Shown here piece after piece: positions 53,071 to 62,026 of a stretch of 64,000 nucleotides of DNA. Origin of the DNA: Candidatus Shapirobacteria bacterium (GTDB taxonomy: Bacteria > Patescibacteriota > Microgenomatia > UBA12405); contig JBAYIT010000001.1 of the NCBI GenBank assembly GCA_041665485.1, positions 204,270 through 268,269 on the forward strand, in the 5' to 3' direction. Both the position numbers and the translations under genes were made by a program. Position 1 is the first letter of the stretch. Every line of letters starts with the position of its first letter. The notes below the pieces were generated by a model. It had not been told where the DNA came from. It was given only the letters and a program-made list of their open reading frames with translations, and ran no database searches.

Positions 53071-55623
53071 ATGGCGGAAGAAAATAAATTTAAAGAAATT
53101 GAATCTAAATGGCAGGATTATTGGAATAAAAATCCTGATTTATATTCGGCTAAAGATAATTCGGATAAACCTAAAAAATATGTTTTAGTGGAGTTTCCGT
53201 ACCCGTCTGGATCGGGGTTACATATCGGTCATGCTTTTTCGTTTACTGGGGGAGATGTCTATGCTCGGTTTAAACGGATGCAGGGGAATAATGTGATGTT
53301 TCCAATGGGTTGGGATGCTTTTGGCTTACCGACAGAAAACCATGCAATAAAAATGAAACGCAGGCCACAGGAGGTAACTAAGGAAAATACCGATAATTTT
53401 AGAGAGGAGATGAAAAAGCTGGCTTTTTCGTTTGATTGGAGCCGGGAAGTAAATACAACCGACCCTGATTATTATAAATGGACACAGTGGATATTTATAA
53501 AATTATTCGAGAAGGGGTTGGCATATAAGCAAGAAATGCCAATTAACTGGTGTCCTAGTTGTAAAATTGGGTTAGCAAACGAGGAAGTCATCGATAATAA
53601 ATGTGAGAGATGTGGGGCGGAGGTATCCAGACGTAATATTAGCCAGTGGGTGGTAAAAATTACCGATTATGCGGATAGATTAATTGATGGTTTGAAAGAG
53701 ACGGATTTTATTGAAAAAGTAAAGCAGGCACAGATTAATTGGATTGGACGCTCGCAGGGAGCTCGCATTAAGTTTCAAGTTAAAAGTTTGTCAAGTTTAT
53801 CAAGTGTTAGAAAGTTAGAAGTATTTACCACCAGGGCGGATACGTTGTGGGGAGTAACATTTATGGTGATCAGCCCGGAACATCCATTCGTCGCTTCGCT
53901 CCTTAAGTCGAAAGTTATAAAGTTAGAAAGTTTGAAAGCAGTTGAAGATTATGTAAATCAGGCGAGGAAAAAGAGTGATTTAGAGAGGGCGGAATTGCAG
54001 AAAGAAAAGACAGGAGTGTTTACTGGGGTGTATGTGGTTAATCCGGCTAATGGCAAAGAAATTCCTCTGTATGTGGCCGATTACGTGTTAATGGGTTATG
54101 GAACAGGGGTGGTGATGGGTGTGCCGGCGCACGATCAGAGGGATTGGGATTTTGCCAAGAAATATAATTTGGAAGTAATTCCGGTGATAGAAGATGGTGG
54201 ACATGATTATGTAAAAGAAGCAATGGTGAGTGTTGATAAAGGCAAGATGATTAATTCCGGGTTTGCAACAGGAATGGAGGTGAAAGAAGCGATCAATAAG
54301 GTTAATGAGTGGGTGGAAAAGGAGGGGATAGGCGAGAGAACCAATATGTATCATTTACGAGATTGGATATTCAGCCGGCAACATTATTGGGGAGAACCTA
54401 TACCAATGATTTTTTGCGAAAGTTGTGCAAAAAATCAGAATCTAGAATCTAGAATCAAGAATCAAGAAGAAAACAGAAAAAAAATAAATGCAGGGTGGTA
54501 TCCGGTTCCGGAAGAGCAATTGCCGATTAAATTGCCCGAGGTAGAGGCTTATGAACCGACAGATACAGGGGAGTCGCCACTGGCGAAAATGACTGATTGG
54601 GTTAAAACGACATGTCCTAAGTGTGGTGGGGAGGCAAAAAGAGAGACAGATACCATGCCCAACTGGGCTGGATCAGATTGGTATTTTCTAAGATACTGTG
54701 ATCCTGTTAATGATACAGAATTAGCTAGTCAGGAAAAGATAAAATACTGGATGCCGGTGGATGTTTATGTGGGTGGAGACGAACACAATACTTTGCATCT
54801 ACTTTATTCTAGATTTATATATAATTTTCTATTTGACTTGGAGGTAGTACCAACACCAGAGCCATATAAAATAAGAATGTCACACGGTGTCATACTAGGT
54901 CCAGATAGCCAGAGGATGAGCAAATCGAGAGGAAATGTGGTGGTGCCATCAGTAGTGGCGGACAAGTACGGAGTTGATGTGCTAAGGTTGTATTTGATGT
55001 TTATGGGACCATTCGATTCGACAATGGTATGGAATGAAAAAACGGTGATGGGAGCAAAAAGGTTTCTTGATCGCTTCGCTCAATTTATCAAAATCCAATT
55101 TTCAATTTTCAATGAAACTGTAGAAAGTAGCAAGGAAGTTAAGGTGATAATTAATAAATTGGTGGCGGGAGTAACGAGGGATTTGGAGAGTTTTGGCTAT
55201 AATACGGCCATAGCAAAGCTTATGGAAGCTTTGCATAAATTTTCAAAATCCAATTTTCAATTTTCAATTGAGGACATAAAAACGCTGATTAAGTTATTGG
55301 CGCCGTTGGCGCCGTACACTGCAGAAGAATTGTGGAGTCAAGTTAGAGACAAGGATGATGATGATGTTTCGGTGCATGTGGCGCCGTGGCCGAGGGTGGA
55401 GGAGAAGTACTTGGTGGAGGAGACTGTGACTATGCCGGTGATGGTAAATGGGAAAGTGAGAGAGCAGATCGTAGTTGATAGATCGTCGATCGTAGATAAG
55501 AAGAAAATAGTTAAAATGGCGAAGGAGAAAGAGAAGATAAAAAAGTGGTTGGAGGAGTGTGAAATATTAAAGGAAATCTATGTTCCAGGGAAACTAGTGA
55601 ACTTTGTTGTCAGTACAAAGTAG
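53071..55623 (+). CDS. leuS: Leucyl-tRNA synthetase
   Basis: 'HIGHAF' (HIGH motif), 'RMSKSRGN' (KMSKS motif) and a Zn-binding 'CERCG' editing-domain layout. 850 aa. Carries in-frame repeat insertions (see findings). Confidence 0.95.
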   Translation: MAEENKFKEIESKWQDYWNKNPDLYSAKDNSDKPKKYVLVEFPYPSGSGLHIGHAFSFTGGDVYARFKRMQGNNVMFPMGWDAFGLPTENHAIKMKRRPQEVTKENTDNFREEMKKLAFSFDWSREVNTTDPDYYKWTQWIFIKLFEKGLAYKQEMPINWCPSCKIGLANEEVIDNKCERCGAEVSRRNISQWVVKITDYADRLIDGLKETDFIEKVKQAQINWIGRSQGARIKFQVKSLSSLSSVRKLEVFTTRADTLWGVTFMVISPEHPFVASLLKSKVIKLESLKAVEDYVNQARKKSDLERAELQKEKTGVFTGVYVVNPANGKEIPLYVADYVLMGYGTGVVMGVPAHDQRDWDFAKKYNLEVIPVIEDGGHDYVKEAMVSVDKGKMINSGFATGMEVKEAINKVNEWVEKEGIGERTNMYHLRDWIFSRQHYWGEPIPMIFCESCAKNQNLESRIKNQEENRKKINAGWYPVPEEQLPIKLPEVEAYEPTDTGESPLAKMTDWVKTTCPKCGGEAKRETDTMPNWAGSDWYFLRYCDPVNDTELASQEKIKYWMPVDVYVGGDEHNTLHLLYSRFIYNFLFDLEVVPTPEPYKIRMSHGVILGPDSQRMSKSRGNVVVPSVVADKYGVDVLRLYLMFMGPFDSTMVWNEKTVMGAKRFLDRFAQFIKIQFSIFNETVESSKEVKVIINKLVAGVTRDLESFGYNTAIAKLMEALHKFSKSNFQFSIEDIKTLIKLLAPLAPYTAEELWSQVRDKDDDDVSVHVAPWPRVEEKYLVEETVTMPVMVNGKVREQIVVDRSSIVDKKKIVKMAKEKEKIKKWLEECEILKEIYVPGKLVNFVVSTK

Positions 55624-56117
55624 AATACTAACATTTAGCAAAATATAGTTTTGTCTGCCAAAGGAATTTTGTAGTTAATTGTATTGGACTTTTGGCTATA
55701 AAGTTGTTTGTTGTTAATTGATTGTTGGTTGTGGAAAAGTCGGTGGGTATTTTATTAATTTGTGGGCAGATAGTATTGGAGCGGGATCTTTGAAGTAATA
55801 GCTAGCAGGCTTTTTAAGCTGAAGAGACAACCGTGAAATATTATTAAAAATAGCTTTTGATGTGGAGGCAGTATGTAGAAATGACAATAGGAAATAGATA
55901 GAGTTGGTGGTCGACAATGGTTGGTTTGGCTTTGAATGCGGTTTATGTGATCTACTAAATTAGATAAAGATAATACTTCGATGTATCTGTTTTTATCTTT
56001 TTACGGTTATTGACTAGAGAGGAAAAAAGAGTAAAAACGATGCAGAGAAAATACGGAGATGTTAGAAAAAGATGCGGAGATAGTAGACTAGATGGATTCA
56101 ATCGGTACGGTAATTGT

Positions 56118-56190
56118 GTATCCCCAGGTGGAAACGAACCACCATTTCAGGTTTAGGAAACCCGCGTTCTATCCATTGAACTATAGGGAC
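56118..56190 (-). tRNA. tRNA-Arg (anticodon CCT)
   Basis: Manual cloverleaf: acceptor GTCCCTA/TGGGGAT, D-arm GTTC-AATGGATA-GAAC, anticodon stem CGGGT/ACCTG, loop TTCCTAA, T-arm GGTGG-TTCGTTT-CCACC. No encoded CCA. Confidence 0.7.
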
Positions 56191-56285
56191 GAGAACAAGT
56201 TTGAAAGTCCAAAAAGTCCTAAAAGTAAAAAGTAAATTATCATTTGCTTTCAACTTTCTAACTTTGAAACTTTTTGGACTTAGAG

Positions 56286-56358
56286 TCGGGGACGCGGGAT
56301 TCGAACCCGCAACCTCACGATCCCGAACCGTGCGCGCTACCAGTTGCGCTAGTCCCCG
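56286..56358 (-). tRNA. tRNA-Pro (anticodon CGG)
   Basis: Manual cloverleaf: acceptor CGGGGAC/GTCCCCG, D-arm GCGC-AACTGGTA-GCGC, anticodon stem CACGG/TCGTG, loop TTCGGGA, T-arm GCGGG-TTCGAAT-CCCGC. Confidence 0.7.
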
Positions 56359-56772
56359 CCTACGCTCTTCGAGCTTCGGCGGGCAATGCCCGCTTCTACT
56401 CGTAGTCAAGGCTACGGCAGGTAAACCCGCTCTAGCCTTGTAGGTATGAGTATTATAAATGATAAATAGGACTTTTGAATTACAGGATAGGTGGGGTAGT
56501 GATGGCTTTGTTTATATAGATTTATCTTAAATAGTGTTTTGATATATATATTGAAATCTTGGTTAATAAAAATTAGCAGGAGCGGGAGATGAATGCCAGA
56601 GAACTTAATGGTTAATTGGGGTGGGGGGTAGGGGGGAATTTAGAATATACGAATCTAGAATCTAGAATCTAGAATTACGAAATAAGGAACAAGTTTGTAA
56701 ATAATTAATTATAAATATAGGATATTTTAGGATGGGCTTGACAAAGGAGGGGAAAATACCTAGACTTAATTT

Positions 56773-57123
56773 ATGAATAATCAAGATAGAAATACTAGAA
56801 CTTTGATCGTTAGTTTTGCGATTGCAATTATGGCTCTGGTGCCTCTTCGGATGGTAGAGGTAGGGCAGATGGCGAGTTTTATGGAGGTCAATAACCCGGT
56901 GGTTTTAGGTGAGTCGACGGTGGCCGAGCAGCCGGTGGTGAAAAGCGACACCCTATTAGAAGCTCCTTATCGGGAGATTGAAGAGAGGTGTGCTAACGAT
57001 GTAGTTTTGAATGAAAGGATAAAAGTGTTGGAAGCCAAATTGAACCAAAGTGGCTGGACGGAAGGCCAAGTGGGAGAAATGCTGAAGGGGATTAAAGAGA
57101 TGGAGATGGAGAAATGTCGGTAA
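56773..57123 (+). CDS. Small membrane-anchored hypothetical protein
   Basis: 116 aa. N-terminal TM 'LIVSFAIAIMALVPL'. Confidence 0.4.
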   Translation: MNNQDRNTRTLIVSFAIAIMALVPLRMVEVGQMASFMEVNNPVVLGESTVAEQPVVKSDTLLEAPYREIEERCANDVVLNERIKVLEAKLNQSGWTEGQVGEMLKGIKEMEMEKCR

Positions 57124-57132
57124 ATCAAAATC

Positions 57133-57217
57133 ACGTCATCGCGAGGCCGAAGGCCGTGGCGATCTCGTTTGGGATTGCTTCGTCTTCCCGATAAATCGGG
57201 ACTCCTCGCAATGACGT
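57133..57217. repeat. Second copy of the palindromic element (acgtcatcgcgagg … cctcgcaatgacgt), exactly between convergent gene ends
   Basis: See 50998-51089. Here it fills the 104-nt gap between the stop codons at 57123 (plus) and 57228 (minus) and could act as a bidirectional terminator. Confidence 0.7.
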
Positions 57218-57227
57218 TAGAAACTTT

Positions 57228-58433
57228 TTACCTAATCGTAATGGCGTAGAGGTTTTCGGGGGCGCTGTCGTAGGGTGAGATAACAGTAACCAGATCAAGG
57301 CCGTTGGTGGAAGTGGCTAGAACCAGAGCCATAAACTGGCCTTTGAAGAGAGTTTGGCGGTTGGAACCATCGGAGTCAGAAGCGTAAATAGTGTCGGTGG
57401 TGGCTAAAATCAGATTGTCGCTATTGGGGAGCCAAAAAAGATGGGAAAACTGGCCATTATCGGCGATCAGATAATTGGTGTCGTTTTTGAGGTCATAAAC
57501 ATAATATTTTAGAGGTTCAATTTGGCGTTGCTGGGGAAGATTGTTTTGGCTGGGTGGAGTAACAGTGAGGATAGGAGAAAGATTAATTTTTTTGTTTGCA
57601 AGATAGAGAATTTTCGATTCATCGGGAGAAAATTGAAGATGAGAGGAACTTTGGGTAGAAATTGCCGATTGAAGTGAGGATGGCAGACGGGAAATTTGAG
57701 AATTAATGAGGGTAGTTTGTTGAGTTTGCCATTCCTCTTTAATAATAGGTATTTGGGTGGTGACATCAAAAAGTTTGCCAGAAGTGATGGCAGAATCAAG
57801 TTTTATTAAGTAGTTGATGGCAGGTTTGAGGCTGGTGGCGAGAATGGATTTGCCGTCGGGAGCAAAAATAAAACTAAAGTGAGACCAATTAATACCAACA
57901 AAGTCGGGGGCGATTTGTTTGGGGGTGTTGTGGCCGAAAGAGAGAGGATAGCCCTGGTCTTCAAGGAGGTAGAGGCCATTGTCTTTGGTGGCGGAGGCGG
58001 ATGCAACAGCAAAGACTATTTTGGTATTGTCGGGGCTGACGGTGGGGTTGATGGCTCCGACGAAAGTAACCGGTTTAAGATTGGGGGCAGAACGAAAGAG
58101 TTGAGCACTAACCGGGCTGACAATTTCTTTTTTGATAGTGACCAGTTTAGCCCAAGGGAGATAACCATCTTTGGCAATCCTGACTTGGTAATTTCCCGGG
58201 ACGAGATTGAGAGTGTCGTCGGTGGCGGTAACTAGGCGGTCGTCGAGATAGACGGAGGCAGATTTGGGGGAAGAAGTGGCGGAAAGAAGACCGGTGGCTT
58301 GAAATTTTGGGCCATTGCTAAAATTAAGACGATAGCCTTTGCCAAAAACCACCAGGATGTAGGTGCCACAAACAACGAAGGTAAGAACAGAAAGGAGAAT
58401 AAGGAGACTCCTGTTATCTGATGGACGGGACAT
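57228..58433 (-). CDS. Membrane-anchored PEGA-domain protein with a TolB-like β-propeller
   Basis: N-terminal TM. PEGA motif 'PGNYQVRIAKDGYLPW'. Propeller-like repeats 'SPDNTKIVF', 'APDGKSI', 'SPDESKILY'. Confidence 0.55.
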   Translation of the reverse strand: MSRPSDNRSLLILLSVLTFVVCGTYILVVFGKGYRLNFSNGPKFQATGLLSATSSPKSASVYLDDRLVTATDDTLNLVPGNYQVRIAKDGYLPWAKLVTIKKEIVSPVSAQLFRSAPNLKPVTFVGAINPTVSPDNTKIVFAVASASATKDNGLYLLEDQGYPLSFGHNTPKQIAPDFVGINWSHFSFIFAPDGKSILATSLKPAINYLIKLDSAITSGKLFDVTTQIPIIKEEWQTQQTTLINSQISRLPSSLQSAISTQSSSHLQFSPDESKILYLANKKINLSPILTVTPPSQNNLPQQRQIEPLKYYVYDLKNDTNYLIADNGQFSHLFWLPNSDNLILATTDTIYASDSDGSNRQTLFKGQFMALVLATSTNGLDLVTVISPYDSAPENLYAITIR

Positions 58434-58577
58434 GAAGTTAGTATAAAGGATTAAGAGATAAGATGCAAGAACTAAGAGATAAGAAATGGTGGAGATTTAC
58501 AGACAAATTTTTAATTTGAAATTTGAAATTTTTAATCAATTTTTAATTTTAAATGTTTAAGTGTGTAAAATGAGGAG

Positions 58578-59579
58578 ATGAGATTATTTAAAAGATTGGG
58601 AATAGATCTTGGGACTTCAAACACGGTGATTTGGACTGAAGGAGAAGGAATAGTCTTAAATGAATCAACAATGGTGGCGGTGGCGCTTGAGGACAAACAG
58701 CTGTTGGCAGCCGGGGAAGAGGCAAAGAAAATGTCGGGGAAAACTCCGGATTATATTGAGGTTATCCGACCAATGAACGAGGGGGTGGTGGCTGATTTTG
58801 AGGTAACGGTGGCAATGATGAGGTATTTTTTGAGAAAAGTAATGGGAAAACTGTGGATGTTTGGCCCGGAAGTGTTGGTGTCGGTGCCAAGCGGAGCAAC
58901 TGAAGTAGAGCTAAGGGCGGTGATTGATGCAATCCTGGCAGCCGGAGCAAGAAAGGTTAATCTAATCGATGAGCCATTGGCGGCGGCCATTGGAGCAAAA
59001 ATTCCGATCGCTGAGTCTTTTGGGAATATGGTGGTGAGCGTGGGTGGCGGGTCAACTGAAGTGGCAGTGATAGCTCTTGGCGGAGTGGTGGCTCATAGTA
59101 GTATTCGGGTGGGAGGAGATCGAATTGATGAAGCGATTGTGTCCTATTTGAGAAAAAAACATAATTTATTGGTGGGGGAGCAGACAGCCGAGGCGATAAA
59201 GATAAAATTAGGGAGTGCGGTGAAGTTGAAACGTCCGGAGACGATGGAGGTGTCGGGGAGGGATGTGGTTAATGGTTTGCCGAAGAATGAGGTGGTTGAT
59301 TCGGACGGGGTGTATGAGGCGATTTTAGGAGTGTTGGAAGTGATTGTGGGGGCGGTGAGGCAGACACTTGAAGTGACACCGCCGGAGTTAGTGTCGGATG
59401 TGGCCGACAGAGGAATTGTGTTGTGTGGTGGGAGTGTTCAGTTGAGGGGATTTGACACTTTAATGACTCGGGAAATTGGGGTATCGACTCATGTGGTTTC
59501 TGAGCCGCAAATGGCGGTAATCAGGGGGGTGGGGATGGCGGTGGAGAATTTGGAAATCTATAGGCAAGCGCTACGGTGA
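58578..59579 (+). CDS. mreB: Rod-shape-determining protein MreB
   Basis: 'GIDLGTSNTVIW', 'IDEPLAAAIGA', 'VGGGSTEVAVIALGG' and a C-terminal 'GGGSV…' actin-fold motif. 333 aa. Confidence 0.85.
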   Translation: MRLFKRLGIDLGTSNTVIWTEGEGIVLNESTMVAVALEDKQLLAAGEEAKKMSGKTPDYIEVIRPMNEGVVADFEVTVAMMRYFLRKVMGKLWMFGPEVLVSVPSGATEVELRAVIDAILAAGARKVNLIDEPLAAAIGAKIPIAESFGNMVVSVGGGSTEVAVIALGGVVAHSSIRVGGDRIDEAIVSYLRKKHNLLVGEQTAEAIKIKLGSAVKLKRPETMEVSGRDVVNGLPKNEVVDSDGVYEAILGVLEVIVGAVRQTLEVTPPELVSDVADRGIVLCGGSVQLRGFDTLMTREIGVSTHVVSEPQMAVIRGVGMAVENLEIYRQALR

Positions 59580-60091
59580 TACATTCCAAAATCTTAACTT
59601 GTAATATTTTGGAATAATTTCTAATTTCCAATTTCTAATTTCCAAAAAAAGACAATATAAATCTAAATTAGAAATAAGAGATAAGAGATAAGAATTAAGA
59701 TAGTTTCTGTTGATATATAGATAAATAGTTTGAGTAAAACAGTTGTTCAATATGATTAGTAATTGGTAATTAGTAATTGGTAATTGGTAACTTATAATAA
59801 GTTTGGCGAAGAATAGGTGATATAGTTATGTAAATAGACTTATAAAGTGATAGTTTTTGGGGCGAATTTTAGCTTATAATGGTGAAAAATTAAGAATTAT
59901 AGAGAGATTTGCTAAAAAAAATTTAAGAATTTAAAAATTTAAGAAAATGGATTGGTTTGAACTAGAGAGGAAAGTGGAGTTTGATATAGTTTTATTAAAA
60001 AAATAGATAAAATTTTAAATTTTAAATTTTAAATTGAGGCTGAAGATAGCTAGTTTTTATAATATTTTAGTTTTGGCAGGAGGGAGAGGGA

Positions 60092-61006
60092 GTGCTAAGG
60101 GTTTATAATCATAATATGAGAAGTGGGTTTAAAGCTTGGGATTTGTGGGGAGTACCCCTCTTTGTAGGTACAAAGAGGGAAATTTTTCCGTCTGAGACGG
60201 ACTCCGCTTCGCTTCGTAATTTTCAACCATTTTGGATTGCGACGGTCAATCCGGAACATGTGATGAAGGCGGTTGAGGATAAGAGCTATATGGAGTTGTT
60301 GAACAAGACGGATATAAATGTGATGGATGGGATTGGTCTCCTGTGGGCTAAAGCCCTGCAGGAGAAGTTCCAAATTACAAAAAACAATTTCTCCGCCAGA
60401 GGCGGACTCCGCTTCGCTTCGCAAACAAGTTCTAAAAAACAATTTCCAAATTTACAAACTATTTTGAAAAAGTTATGGATTGGGTTTTGGGTGGGGATAG
60501 AAATTTTGGGAGGGAAACATAGGGAGGGGTTGATAGCGGGAAGTGAGTTGATGAAGGAAATGATTGAGGAGGCGGGAAGAACGGGGAAGAAGGTCTTTTT
60601 ATTGGGGGGGTGGGGAGACCGAGCCGCCGTTGCGGCTCGAAATTTTAAATTTTTAATTTTTAATTTTAAAAATAATTTGAAAATAGAAACGTGCGCGGGG
60701 GAGCCGGTCGAGTCAAACTCGATGGTAATTGAAAAAATAAATAAGTTTCAGCCGGATTATTTGTTTGTGGCCTATGGGATGAAGAAACAGGAGGAGTGGA
60801 TTTTGAAAAATAAAGATAAATTGAAAGTGGGGATGGTGATGGGGGTGGGGCGGAGCTTTGACTACTATAGTGGCGACCTAAAAATAGCGCCAAAATGGGT
60901 GAGAAGAATGGGATTAGAGTGGCTTTACAGCCTGATTCAGGAGCCTAAACGTTGGCGCCGTCAGCTGGCGTTGGTGAGGTTTGTGGGGAGGGTGATTTTG
61001 AGTTGA
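60092..61006 (+). CDS. WecB/TagA/CpsF-family glycosyltransferase carrying three in-frame repeat insertions
   Basis: 'IATVNPEHVMKA', 'GIGLLWA', 'KVFLLGG', 'GVGRSFDYYSGDLKIAPKWVRRMGLEWLYSLIQEP'. Insertions at about 60172-60235, 60358-60470 and 60640-60690 add 'REIFPSETDSASLRNFQ', 'QITKNNFSARGGLRFASQTSSKKQFPNLQ' and 'RNFKFLIFNFKNN'. Confidence 0.65.
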   Translation: MLRVYNHNMRSGFKAWDLWGVPLFVGTKREIFPSETDSASLRNFQPFWIATVNPEHVMKAVEDKSYMELLNKTDINVMDGIGLLWAKALQEKFQITKNNFSARGGLRFASQTSSKKQFPNLQTILKKLWIGFWVGIEILGGKHREGLIAGSELMKEMIEEAGRTGKKVFLLGGWGDRAAVAARNFKFLIFNFKNNLKIETCAGEPVESNSMVIEKINKFQPDYLFVAYGMKKQEEWILKNKDKLKVGMVMGVGRSFDYYSGDLKIAPKWVRRMGLEWLYSLIQEPKRWRRQLALVRFVGRVILS

Positions 61007-61007
61007 A

Positions 61008-61031
61008 AAGCCTGCCTGCCGGCAGGCAGGT
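61008..61031. terminator. Perfect 20-bp palindrome cctgcctgccggcaggcagg between convergent gene ends; candidate bidirectional terminator
   Basis: 9-bp GC-rich stem. The 'cttttc' run is weak on the minus-strand side and the plus side has 'tccaaaaatg'. Confidence 0.35.
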
Positions 61032-61064
61032 CCAAAAATGTTCTTTGAGAGGGGATTTTGGCCT

Positions 61065-61832
61065 TTAACCTTCATATAAACGATAGAAACATTTTTGAAA
61101 AGGACGATGTTCTCTGAGTCTGTCAAGGGCTGATTGGAGGTTGTCGATAGTAAGTTGGGTAATTTGAGCTGGAGAGGTTCGTTTGGTTTGAATAAGGCCG
61201 GCGGATATGGCTTGTTGGGCTGAGGCTAGGTGGCTTAGACAAATACCGTGTTCGAGCCCGTAACGTAGGTGTAAGATCAAACGTTGGGTTGGGGTTATGC
61301 CGGGACGGGGGGTAGCTCCTCTTTTGTCGTGCCCTCGGTTGATGAGATCATATTCTGTGGCTGTGTCTAGTGCTCTTTTAATAGCATTTAGTCTATCTTG
61401 ACGAGCAAAGGGTAAATCGAAAACTGGAAGAGGACGATCAAATAATTCTTTAATGAGCCATGTTTCTGGGCCAATGGCGAGGTATTCTAATATTCTATTG
61501 ACACCGGGTATGACCTTGGTTTTACTCCGACGATCTTCGTGAAGTGTCAGAGTGGTATCGGGTGATGCATGGAGGATATCTCCGAGAGTAACTATTCCAT
61601 ATTGTTTGGCTAGCCCCTCAAGATACTTCGGAGAGATAATGTAGGAGGGGGTATGGGTGGCTGAATCGTATGGTAGACCTATGCTTGTGAGTGGATACAT
61701 CAACACTTCTGGTGAAGGCGGGTAGGCAATAAGTTGTTGTCGGATATTTGGATTGATAGAAACTTGGAAAAAACTGTCTGGCCTGAATTGGCTGAAATCG
61801 AGCCGTGGTTGAAGTAGTCCTTCTTTAAACAT
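61065..61832 (-). CDS. Hypothetical protein; noticeably higher GC than its surroundings
   Basis: 255-aa ORF with no clear motif. The C-terminal 'ITPTQRLILHLRYGLEHGICLSHLA' could be HTH-like. Confidence 0.35.
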   Translation of the reverse strand: MFKEGLLQPRLDFSQFRPDSFFQVSINPNIRQQLIAYPPSPEVLMYPLTSIGLPYDSATHTPSYIISPKYLEGLAKQYGIVTLGDILHASPDTTLTLHEDRRSKTKVIPGVNRILEYLAIGPETWLIKELFDRPLPVFDLPFARQDRLNAIKRALDTATEYDLINRGHDKRGATPRPGITPTQRLILHLRYGLEHGICLSHLASAQQAISAGLIQTKRTSPAQITQLTIDNLQSALDRLREHRPFQKCFYRLYEG

Positions 61833-62026
61833 GAATTTGATTATATATGGTGGTGGAAAGAATATAATTATTTATATGGCTGGAGAGCGGGAGTGTGTGG
61901 TGGGGGATGTGGAAAAATTGCCGTGGTATGAAAAAGGCGGGGTGCAAACTTGCCCGTTTAAGGGAATGATTGAGGTGAGGGTTGGAATGCAAAGAGAACA
62001 GGTTGGAGGCAAACTTTGCTTGGCAA

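Noticed and set aside
56098-56409. ORF 56098-56409 (103 aa, '…VAGSNPASPT…')
   Set aside because: It spans both tRNA genes and is a translation of tRNA T-arm sequence.
9395-60060. Tandem and dispersed short repeats (gatcttagat…, aatttaaaatt…, ggtaatt…) considered as possible CRISPR arrays
   Set aside because: Units are 7-30 nt, not 24-48 nt. There are no regularly sized unique spacers. Many copies sit in-frame inside genes. No cas genes are present.
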